A stretch of 24,685 bases of DNA, from assembly GCF_006345805.1 (NCBI RefSeq), contig NW_021836323.1, positions 1-24,685 of the forward strand, written 5' to 3'. This DNA is from Octopus sinensis. Its lineage: Eukaryota. The translations under genes and the position numbers were made by a program. Positions 11,835 to 21,956 of this stretch are shown here, one piece after another; within the stretch, counting starts at the first letter, position 1; the number at the start of each line of letters is the position of its first letter. The notes under the pieces were generated by a model. It made no database searches. It was not told where the DNA came from and was given only the letters and a program-made list of their open reading frames with translations.

Positions 11835-11884
11835 ATATCAATTTCTAATTTATATATATATATATAAAAATTAGAAATTGATAT
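11835..11884. repeat. 50-bp near-perfect palindrome centred on (AT)n
   Basis: atatcaatttctaattt (11835-11851) and aaattagaaattgatat (11868-11884) are exact reverse complements. Confidence 0.9.
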
Positions 11885-12607
11885 ATATATATATATATAT
11901 ATATTATTCAATGAAATTCCAACTCTGTCTGTTTTTTATGTTTTATTTATATTCTTTATTATATTAATGTAGAATATAGAATATATAGTATAAATAGTAT
12001 ATATAGTAAATTGAAATGAAGTATTGATTGTCTTATTGAATAGATGAAATGTTGAATATAAAATATTAGGGGACTAGTACACTTCCATGCGTTATCGCAA
12101 TCTTTAAGATCCCAGGTTTTGACAGGATAATATTATCATATTATTATATGATCAAACGCCACGCTCCATTTTCAAGTAAGTTTATATATATACATAGATA
12201 TACATATATAGTGTATGCATGGGTGGCTGAGGGGGAGAGTGAGAGAGAATGAGAGAATAGGTACCTGTTTATGCTATTACTTATAGCTTTACACACTTGG
12301 AATTCCACTGTTAAAACACACACACATACATACACACATTTGTACAAACGCATAAACGCATGTATATATGCGTATGTGTAAGTGTTTAATTGTACACAAA
12401 AAGGTTTTCACACAGATATGTATGTGTTTCTTTTTCAGTGTGTGTGTGTACAGAAGTATTGACGTATCGTTGTATGTAAGTAACACTGGAATGTCTCAGT
12501 CGCTTGATGTCGTCCCTGTCTTCAATTTGAACTTACATTTTTTTTCTTATACCAACTTAAAACACCAACAACAATACACATAAATTTAATGACTGAGTCT
12601 TCTAATG

Positions 12608-13015
12608 TGTTGTTGTTGCTGCTGGTATCCTTTTGTCTCGGGAGACAATGGAGTTGCGCATAAACTAATCCAGTCTGGTTTTTTTTACATTTCATGTCCT
12701 CTCCAGTTTCCTCTCCAGTTTTGCGCAGGCCTGGACTAGATGTAAGAAAATCCTGGGTAGCCCAATCGTCAGGATTCCTCTCTCGACCTTGCTGACGTAG
12801 TCCAAAGGAGTGCAGAGCATTAGGTTTGGCACCAGCTTGGTTGCAGGAGCTGCCGGAAGAGTGTTGAGTCGAACACTAAATCGCCTATGGGGCTCCACTC
12901 TGGGTTTCTTTGAAGGTTATCTCCTTTCCGTAACCCTGGATAGGGGCTCATACCGGGTACTGTAAGCCGGAGCCAGCTGAGCCCGGGACTAGTGTCAGGC
13001 AGCGTCGTCACTCCT
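12608..13015 (-). mobile_element. Non-autonomous RTE-related retroposon (5'-UTR-like body plus tail hairpin and (CAA/CAG)n)
   Basis: GC-rich island. Minus strand has cagctcctgcaaccaagctggtgccaaac...tttggactacgtcagcaaggtcgagagagg, which resembles RTE (BovB/AviRTE-like) 5' regions from memory. Ends with hairpin ttgtct-cccg-agacaa (12648-12633) and cagcagcaacaacaac. Confidence 0.55.
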
Positions 13016-13205
13016 TGAAGTAGTGAAGAAAATCGCTACCCGCTACAAATGTGTATAACTACGCAATCCGCAAACAGGGTACTTCAGCACACGAGAAATT
13101 TCTTGTGGTTTCCTAGAAGAATTCCGAAATATGTAGAAAATTAATGTGTTGATGCAGATAGCAATCCTGTAATAATATTTATTAGTGACAGCCTGTAAAA
13201 AAGAC

Positions 13206-13239
<34 letters not shown>

Positions 13240-13279
13240 TTGTTAATAATAATAATGATAATAATAATAATAATAATAA

Positions 13280-13324
<45 letters not shown>

Positions 13325-13359
13325 TATATAATGATAATGATAATGATAAAATAATAATA

Positions 13360-13421
<62 letters not shown>

Positions 13422-13443
13422 TAATAATAATAATAAATTATAA
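13206..13443. repeat. (TAA)n trinucleotide microsatellite, about 240 bp
   Basis: Directly visible, with TGA interruptions. Confidence 0.97.
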
Positions 13444-14689
13444 CAATGATGACGACATATTTAATTGTTCCTGGTATTTTAAAGTAAGTGCTCCCTTTAC
13501 AATTGGTTTAAGGGGGGGGAAAATTTAAGTGTCCTTTATGCTGATGTGCTGAATCATTCTCTCATACTTGAATTAATTTGTATGTAGAAGGGTATAATTT
13601 AGTTATGTGGGGGACTGTCCCTTAGGCTGTCATTTCCAAGTTAATATATGATACGTGTGAGAATTACATAAAGACTTGTGATGCACGTAGATTGATTGTT
13701 CTGGCATTCATCTAAATGCAGTCAGCGTATGAATATTTCGTTTTCGTTGTCAGCTGATACTTGCAGGTTAACGTTGTTACGATCAGTATCTTCATTGCAA
13801 ATGCAATATATTTATATCTATGTTTCGGCTATCTGTAATTGAATACGCCTGTGCAAGAATGGCCTTTGATTCAGACACTGATGTTTGATTCGAAGTGAAG
13901 ATTTTATATAAGTTACATCTCACATAATGAATCTGGTGTAACCAAGGACAGACTCAGTCATATTTCCATATTACAGATGGCGCAATTAGACAGAGGAAGT
14001 GATATTGAACCAGTGCGTGTGTTATTATTACTGGTGTAACAGCCTTCTCAAAACACTATAATACTTTAATGAACATTCCAATGAATCTTCAATTATTCTC
14101 AGAGGCACAGCGTTGAGTAGTGGCCTATATTCTTAACCAATTAACGGTGCGTTACCTATTACATTATAACGATTTATATCTCTGCAGGTACAACTATTTT
14201 AATGAAAATCTCGGTGATTTTTCACTCTTCAAATAAGTACTCAACAGGAAAAAAGAAAAAAGATATACAAATACACAAGAATTACTCTACGAAATGCTGC
14301 CCAGAGAGAGTTCTGCTTTGGAATTAAATTGAAATTTGTAGGATTAAATATTTCTTAATTAAATGGAATTAATTTTCAAGGCTTGAAATAAATATAGCTA
14401 AATGGAAGTATCATTAAAGAAGACATTTATATTTTCAAACGGATACAGGCTCATACGAGTTACTCTGAGAAAGATTGCCGAGAGAAAGAGAGTTTTGCGA
14501 AAATGTGATTGTATGTGTGCATGCGAGTGTGAATACGAGGGTGCGTGTGTTTGTATGTGTGTGTGGGGGGTGCGGAGAGAGATATAGGCACAGTGGGGAG
14601 AGAGTTGATATACATAATCGTTGTTACATTTCCATTCAGACGTCATGTCTTCATATACACTTGATATATTGTCGTAGCGGAACTTGGAA

Positions 14690-14724
14690 TGCGTCGTTTC
14701 GACCTTTTGGCGTTTTTTCAGGCA
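14690..14724 (-). ncRNA. Heavily decayed hammerhead-like motif
   Basis: Minus: tgc-CTGAAAA-aacgccaaaaggtc-GAAA-CG-AC-gca. Stem I tgc/gca and the spacing fit, but G8>A and U16.1>A. Confidence 0.35.
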
Positions 14725-16326
14725 AAGTTACCTCGAGTACAAAAATGTAAAAATTCTGGTGCATCTTATTTACAGAAATTAGTAACTAAAATTTTGATGG
14801 GTTTGTTCTGATGTCACGCTAACCGATATTCATGGGCGAATATTAACACGAACATTAACACACTAAGCAATTTGTATTTCACATTAGGATAACATCGTCT
14901 CCCTTTCGATGATCTGTCATCGATACTTTGACATAAGAGGGGCTTCAGTGAGGGCGGTGTCTTCACTGTGTTCATGTATCTTCCTTCGAATCCACTGAGA
15001 GATCTAAAGAAGAGTAACGACTCTTATTGACAGAAATTAACGAGTTCTCAACGTCAATGAATCAGATGTGTTGTGAATATATATTGTGAAAAGTCAGAGG
15101 ATGTTTTCAGAAGAGAAATACAATTGACATTTGTATATTCCCGTTCGAATCTGGTGGAATTTATCAATAGTAAATGGGCTTTTCAATATTTTTGTATTAC
15201 TAAAAATCATGACAGGTAAATCAGGGTCTTTTAATTCCATAACATATATTCTTACTAGGGAAAGTCTTCCACTGTCTCCATGGAATATGGACGAATAGTA
15301 CAGAATATTAAGGTCATGTTTCTGCAGGTAAAGAGTTCTCTCCACTGTATTTTTTAAGCATTTCTTTTGAAGATGCTTCTTTGGATGACAAAGTTATTGG
15401 ATACTCCCTTTGTTATGAACGTGTTTTTTAAAAAAGGTATTAATATATCTGGGAAGGATTCTTTTTTTCTTTTGTTTTTTGATAAAGTTATTACTTTAAA
15501 AAGAAATGTTTCCGATTGAAAATGAGAAGTAGACGATACTTGTGATAAAGCAATGAGAATTCCTTTTCTACTGTAAAATCTTTTAACATCAGTGTTTAAA
15601 AGGATTCGATTACATACAAAATCGAAAGAGATTTTATTTTAGTAACTAAATCCTCCATTAGTACAATTAATACTTTGTTCTTCGACGTTTACTTGAAATA
15701 TTCGTTCAACAAGGGGGACATCGGAGGGGTTTTATGCTGAAGTTCTTCGTCACCAAAAACGGATATGGTTTCTACTTACACCAAGTTCACAACTCTTGAC
15801 CAAGATTCCCAAATACACTTTAATTGGTTCCAGTGCTGTTACAATAACAGGAACTGCATTAAATGCATTCTTCGAAAAACCAAGTCGTTTCTTTAAAACT
15901 TTCATAACATTTGGAAAACAGCTTTTAAGGAAAAAAGAACTATCTTAAAAATACAAAGTGTTCCTTCTTCGCTGAGTATTATCAATCAAATTCAATTCGT
16001 CTCCATGCTCCTCTTAAAAATTTTTCTAAAGTATTTCACAAACAAATGATAGGAAAATTGCTCTAAGGGCTTTAAAGGAATTGCTAATGCTTCAGTCTTT
16101 CTTCAATGTAAAAATATTTTGCGATAAGCACTTTTTCACCAAGTTACCGTTTGTCAGATAAAATTCATTCGTTTCTTTCCAATGGTATTTGAATTGTAAC
16201 AAAACACTTTGTTATCGTTGTTTTATGGGTTTTTGTAACTACATTCAGCTTCTACAACTGCTGTTTAGCTTTATAGAAATTTCAATAATGTTTACGTTTT
16301 GTTTTAAGACACATCCCGATTGAGTG

Positions 16327-16460
16327 GAGCATTTTCGATTCCTGCCTCTCATTGCACTAAACCAAAGCAGCTCAGAAAGTACGGAAAATGCGTTAGTCCT
16401 GAAACAACCACCAATAAATAGATTCTGCGCTACAAAAAGCGGAATTTCAACCTCACAGCT
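16327..16460 (+). mobile_element. Possible mariner transposase N-terminal remnant
   Basis: EHFRFLPLIALNQ resembles the EHFRH.LLFAFN start of mariner transposases; agcggaatttcaacctc resembles the G(N/D)F(D/N)L motif. Very decayed. Confidence 0.4.
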
Positions 16461-17862
16461 TCTTAATTAACCTAACAAGTTGTTAATTAATCTCATAGGC
16501 TGTTAATTAACCTCACGGACCTGTTAATTTCAATAAAGTTTGATTGAACATGCTCATTAACAAGCATGCACGCCAGTCCACATGCGAATTGGTGCAGCAT
16601 ATGAGAAGGTTTCATTATAACGTCACCCGTCGCTTTCGCTTGATGCATGAGGCGTCAGAATGTGATATGATTAAACAGTGTGCTTCTTCCAAATACTCGC
16701 CCTCAACGTAGTTAATTGGACCAGAAATGCTATTCCAGATCTTGGTTGGTTAAACAAACCTAACCTAACATATTTTCTTGATGTAGAGCCTTTAGAGAAT
16801 CACTATTTCCTGTCACGCTCAAACCGTCTATGAGTTTTATTTTTGAACAAGTTTGTGGGGCTGAAAACTTGACTCGATGAATTCTCCGAATCATAAACCA
16901 GTGAGGTCTGATGTGAAGGCATGGACAAGCTGCTGGAATCTTAGCAAGAATCAATGAACAATGAAAGAGAGCGTATTATTGATTGATTTGTTCAATTTAA
17001 TGATAAATAAAGATCGTTGTAATTGGAAAAAATCGAATGCATTTACCTGATAATCCAATACACTTTGTCTCCCAATCGCATTATTATTACTATCAAAGTT
17101 AGTAACTTCACAAACTATTTTACCGCGTGAAGAACTTTAGAAACACCTCTTTGTTGCCATGTCTATTAGTTTTATTAATTTCGTCATAAATTGTGGTTAT
17201 TCCGAAGGTTTTAGAAGTTAACACATGATTGTAGACTTTCATTCAAATTTTCCATTATACAAGCAAAAAAATCTTTTTCAGAAATGTTGTTTATTTTTTT
17301 CAGAATTACTTTTTCTATTAGTTATATCACTTATCAGATTATTTTTTCACATCCCATTGACGTTAAATTACCTTACTTAAATAGGAACCATTCGTTAGTG
17401 AGAACGAAGCCAGTAGACGCATTAGTTGTACTAGTAAATTTAGTTTTATCTGTGGCATTCATGAAAATTCTATCAATAGAATGTAAATTGGATATGATTC
17501 TATCTATAGTTACGGAATGTTTCTCTAAGAAGAAGTTAACTCCTCTTGGTGAAGTCTTTTCCAAAGCGGCGCGTCCATTTGAATTTTAATAGTTTCTTTG
17601 AAATTGTCTTCGACCAGGATGTTTCAATGACAGGAATGACCAATTTCACATAATCGATTTATTCTAAGATGATATTGCAATTTAGAATGGTGGGATAAAA
17701 TGTCCATAGGATCTCTTTAAAGGAGTGATGTTAGAGCTGTGGAATCTTGCATACAGTAATTTCTAAATCTTTTTATTAATAATTGTATTGTTTCGTTCCA
17801 GAAAAACTGACACCTTAACTTTCAAAGAAAATTTCAAATATAACTGATAGCATCTTCTGAAA

Positions 17863-18255
17863 CTGGACACATTTTGGCATCGTGGTGTTATCAAATATCT
17901 GCAGAAAAAGGGTTTTGGCTCCCAAGGACATTTATGATGACGTGACTGCTACATTAGAGGATGATGCTCTGAATTCGGGAGAGAAATGGAATGTTTGATA
18001 ATTGATCCAATGTTTGGAAGTTTTACAACTGGCACCAACGAGGAAAACAGTGATCGCGTTCACCACATACTGATGGATGACAGGCGATTGATTAGAAACC
18101 AAATAGCGAATCGTATGAGCAGATCCTTTGTGAGTTGAGAATTACTGTGCACGATTAATTTGTCATGACGAGGGCTTCTGCTCAGTGGATGCCTCGTCTT
18201 GTGACACATAGACAAAGCGCACCAATTTCGTCACGTATCGGGAAAATCTGACAGA
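17863..18255 (+). mobile_element. Mariner (Tc1/mariner) transposase N-terminal fragment, pseudogenised
   Basis: WHRGVIKYLQKKG...KDI...LEDDA; TGTNEEN.DRVHHILMDDRRL..NQIAN; ASAQWMPRLVT (18186-18206), the WVPHEL/WVPRLL linker motif. Contains frameshifts and a deletion. Confidence 0.85.
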
Positions 18256-18380
18256 AGGGGAGGCAGATCAAGTTGGTTTCTTAGGGTGATGCGTTTATTA
18301 CGTTGAGCCACGGGCATCAAGTGTCACTTTGACACTATATGGAGAGATACATACATACTTACATATGCATACATACACAA

Positions 18381-18451
<71 letters not shown>

Positions 18452-18460
18452 CGCACATAT

Positions 18461-18690
18461 AGGCGGCGAGCTGGCAGAAACGTTAGCACACCGGGCGAAA
18501 TGCGTAGCCGTATTTCATCTGTCGTTACATTCCGAGTTCAAATTCCGCCGAGGTCGACTTTGCCTTTCATCCTTTCGGGGTCGATAAATTAAGTACCAGT
18601 TACGCACTGGGGTCGATGTAATCGACTTAATCCGTTTGTGTGTCCTTGTTTGTCCCCTCTGTGTTTAGCTCCTTGTGGGTAGTAAAGAAA
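18461..18690 (+). mobile_element. Full-length tRNA-derived SINE (family B) with conserved central domain
   Basis: A-box-like TGGCAGAAACG (18472-18482), B-box GTTCAAATTCC (18536-18546), central GCCTTTCATCCTTTCGGGGTCGATAAATTAAGTACCAG (Meta/Sauria-SINE-like from memory), tail CCTTGTGGGTAGTAAAGAAA, flanked by (TA)n. Confidence 0.88.
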
Positions 18691-18866
18691 TATATATATA
18701 TATATACGCACAAACACACACATACATATATATTTATATCAATAATAATAAAGGTTAAAAATAATTAATATATTAATAATATATAATTTTACCAAGTAGT
18801 TCTGTATGTTAAAAGAACCATTATCGGTAACCTTAAACAAAAATTCTATAATCATAAGCATAATTA

Positions 18867-18903
<37 letters not shown>

Positions 18904-18983
18904 TAAAATATTAGGGAATAAATCCAAACTTACAGGGAAAAATCAGATTTAGGATTGAATCCAATTTTATAGTAAAATTTTAC

Positions 18984-19258
18984 ATTATATTAAATTAGAG
19001 ATAAAACCACTATTAGGGAAATCAAACAATGAAAAACTTAAGCCAATACATAAAATTAATCAATTCATATTATTTTAAATATATATCAAAAGTATTAAAA
19101 GTTTAATAAAAGATAATCAGTATTCATTAACTTTTATTAAACTTTTAATACTTTGATATATATTTAAAATAATATAAATTAATTAATTTTATGTATTGGC
19201 TTAAGTTTTTCATTGTTTGATTTCCCTAATAGTGGTTTTATCTCTAATTTAATATAAT
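18984..19258. repeat. Foldback: 129/128-bp inverted arms with an 18-nt spacer
   Basis: Arm 18984-19112 and arm 19131-19258 are reverse complements with 2 substitutions and 1 indel by my reading. Confidence 0.95.
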
Positions 19259-19405
19259 ATATATATATATATATTATTCATAATTATTCATATTGTTTAT
19301 TACATAATAGTGGTTTTTCTCTAATTTATATATATTATATTATATTATATATATATGTGTGTGTTTGTGTGTGTGTGTATGTTTGTATATATAGATATGT
19401 GTGAA

Positions 19406-19722
19406 GGCGCATGGTTCAGTGGTTAGAGCGTTGAGCTTAATATCGTGAGGCTATGAGTTAGATTCCCGGACCGAGCTGCGTGTTGTTTTCTTGAGCAAGG
19501 CATTTTATTTCATGTTGCTCCTGTTAACTCAGCTGTAGAAATGAATTGCGACATTACTGGTGCCCCCTTTGCCTTTCCTTTGGATAATATCAGTAGTGTA
19601 TAGAGGGGAAGGTGGTATGCATGGGCGACTGCTGGCCTTCCATAAACAACCTTGCCCGGACTTGTGTCTGGAAGGGTAACTTTCTAGGTGCAATCCCATG
19701 GTCATTCATGACCGAAGGGGAT
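19406..19722 (+). mobile_element. tRNA-derived SINE (family C)
   Basis: A-box TGGTTCAGTGG (19412-19422), B-box-like GTTAGATTCC (19457-19466), TTCTTGAGCAAGGCA...TTGCTCC...ACTCAGCTGTAGAAATGA central segment, end CATGACCGAAGGGG. Confidence 0.75.
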
Positions 19723-19933
19723 CTCCTCCGCCTCCATATATATATATATATATCTTACACATATATTTATGTATATAGATGTCTATATATATATATATAT
19801 GAATACACACACACACACATTGTGTGGTATTATCATAAACAGATTTATTGTGTAAAGCAGGAATAATGCGAGATGGTACGATTTAAACTACAAAAGGAAA
19901 AGAAAACTAATCAATATTGCAGCTTTAACTTGT

Positions 19934-19973
19934 ATTTCTATATTTCGGGGCTATAGCCACTTCTTCAGGATAT
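19934..19973 (-). ncRNA. Near-intact minimal type I hammerhead ribozyme
   Basis: Minus: atatc-CTGAAGA-A-GTGGC-tata-GCCCC-GAAA-TA-TA-gaaat. Core invariant residues all present, stem II 4/5 pairs, palindromic helix III, AUA cleavage triplet, stem I 4/5 pairs. Confidence 0.72.
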
Positions 19974-20699
19974 TAGAAGTTCTGGTAAAATCATTGTTCA
20001 GAGGTGTAGTGTAGGATGGAAGAACGGAAGGAAGACGGTGACGCGCGCAGACTGGTGCTGCTATAGTATCAAATAAACTTTAGGTAGACAAAAGACAGTG
20101 AATGGCATGGCTACGAATTCGAACTTGCCAATAGCATATTGGAATTGGTAATAACTTTGCATTTATACACATCGCTGCTTAAGACTCCCGACCCGTTATT
20201 CATTTACGGTCAGCCGCTGATTAGCGTTACCAGCCGAGTGGAATAACATCAGAGAGGTTGTGGGTCTTATCAGCTCAGAGCGCCACCTTTTGGTTTCTGT
20301 GACTGAACAAGAGATAACCTCCCCGAAATGCTTACATCTCGTAGACTGGATAGGTGGCGCTGCGGGCCGATTTAGATTAATTTACACTATTTGTCTACAA
20401 CGCGAAATTTTCGCCATCACAAAACACAGCAAATGGTAAAAAAATTGCGTACATACAATCATACATACATACACACATATATGAGTATATACTTACATAT
20501 ATAAACATACACACATATATGTACACATATATATGTGTGTGTATATATGTGTATACATATTAGTAATATTGAAGTAAAGAAGTTCGGGAAAATGGAAGTA
20601 TGAATAATTTATTTGTATGATATAAGCATGTTGAAACTTTTGGATTATCTAATCTCTAATGCCGATCCAACTTACTAGAATTGACTATATGTGTCTATG

Positions 20700-20754
20700 T
20701 ATGTACATCTATCTATCTACCTATCTATCTCTCTCTCTCTTCTCTCTCTCTATC

Positions 20755-20849
<95 letters not shown>

Positions 20850-20850
20850 A
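20700..20850. repeat. (TATC)n/(TC)n microsatellite
   Basis: Directly visible. Confidence 0.97.
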
Positions 20851-21382
20851 TATATATATATATATAATATTATATAATATATATATATATATATATATAA
20901 TATATATACTATATATTATTCTAGCTAGCTAGCTAGCTAGCTCTGTATATATATCTCTCTCTGTATGTATATATATATATATATGAAGAATAAAAAATTT
21001 TAACGGTACAACAATGCTCTATAATACAGACAATGTGCTATATACCAGTTATAATTTAGTCATCCATAGTCTGGGGTATGGTAATCAATACATTATTTAG
21101 ATACAGCTGGATGAGTGTAGCTTCATTTTTGATAATATGTTCATCTGTAGTTTACAGCAAAAAGAAAAAAGGAGGAAAAAAGGGAAGCTGCACGTATAAT
21201 ACATAACTTAGAAGCAGCGCTACGAACGTACCAGCACACACAAGATTGAGACATGGCCGACCTCCTGTACTTCTCCTGAGGAATTCCGGAAGGAGCATCA
21301 TGAGACCACTGCTGAGACTCTTCCACAAAATAAACAAGAAAAGCCCTTAGAAAATCGATTATAGCAGCGGCTCCATCTAAGA

Positions 21383-21419
21383 ATATCTGAAGAAGGAATA
21401 TTATTCTTAAATATCATAT
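21383..21419 (+). ncRNA. Decayed minimal type I hammerhead ribozyme (G12 lost)
   Basis: atat-CTGAAGA-A-GGAAT-att-ATTCT-TAAA-TA-TC-atat: stems I, II and III all form, but GAAA is TAAA. Confidence 0.55.
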
Positions 21420-21703
21420 CAGACTATGGAAGGTTAAATTACATCAGGTATCAATAGCCCATTGTCTATATTATAGTGCATTGCTGTACCATTCAAAACT
21501 TTTATTCCTTACAAACAATACACAATGCTTCAAGCGAACTACAATACTCTGCTATATATATATGGATATATATATATATATATATAGTAAAAGCAATTAA
21601 GATTCAAGTGAGTTCTGTTGAATTCACATGAATGCGGTACTTAACTTAGATGCACCAGAAATATATATGGTGTTAACCATAAGATAATGCGGGGTGATTA
21701 CAA

Positions 21704-21922
21704 ATAAGAAAAAAGCAACAAGAATGGATCAATAATTCGGTACAATTGTTTCGTACGAAGACAGCTTTATTAAGGCTACAAATATTGCAGTAAATATAAG
21801 TGACCCGTACTCATCAGCCGAATAACATCTGAGTTCTCCAACATCTATTGCAGCCTTAATAAAGCTGTTTTCGTACGAAACAATTGTACCGAAATATTGA
21901 TCCATTCTTGTTGCTTTTTTCT

Positions 21923-21925
<3 letters not shown>
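21704..21925. repeat. Inverted repeat: 78-bp arms with a 66-bp spacer
   Basis: 21704-21781 and 21848-21925 are reverse complements with 3 substitutions. Confidence 0.95.
21735..21823 (-). ncRNA. Type I hammerhead ribozyme with canonical core and a long stem II insert
   Basis: Minus: ATTCGG-CTGATGA-GTAC-(50 nt)-GTAC-GAAA-CAATTG-TA-CCGAAT. Stem I 6 bp, stem II GTAC/GTAC (extendable by GGG/UUC), helix III palindrome ACAATTGT, predicted GUA cleavage between 21741 and 21740. Confidence 0.82.

Positions 21926-21956
<31 letters not shown>

Noticed and set aside
12944-12984. 7-bp GGGCTCA/TGAGCCC helix near the 5' end of the RTE-like element, considered as P1 of an HDV-like ribozyme
   Set aside because: The loop lacks the UCC-type L3, no GG follows for P1.1, and I could not place P2 or J4/2.
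13109-13139. tttc-CTAGAAGA-attcc-GAAATATGTA-gaaa hammerhead-like string
   Set aside because: Insertion in the core and no stem II; at most a very eroded remnant.
18461-19470. tRNA-like A and B boxes at SINE heads (also at 11540-11593)
   Set aside because: No cloverleaf; they continue into SINE bodies, so they are not tRNA genes.
20303-20333. CTGAACA-agagataacctcccc-GAAATGC hammerhead-like string
   Set aside because: G8 mutated, weak stem II and no stem I; too degenerate to call.
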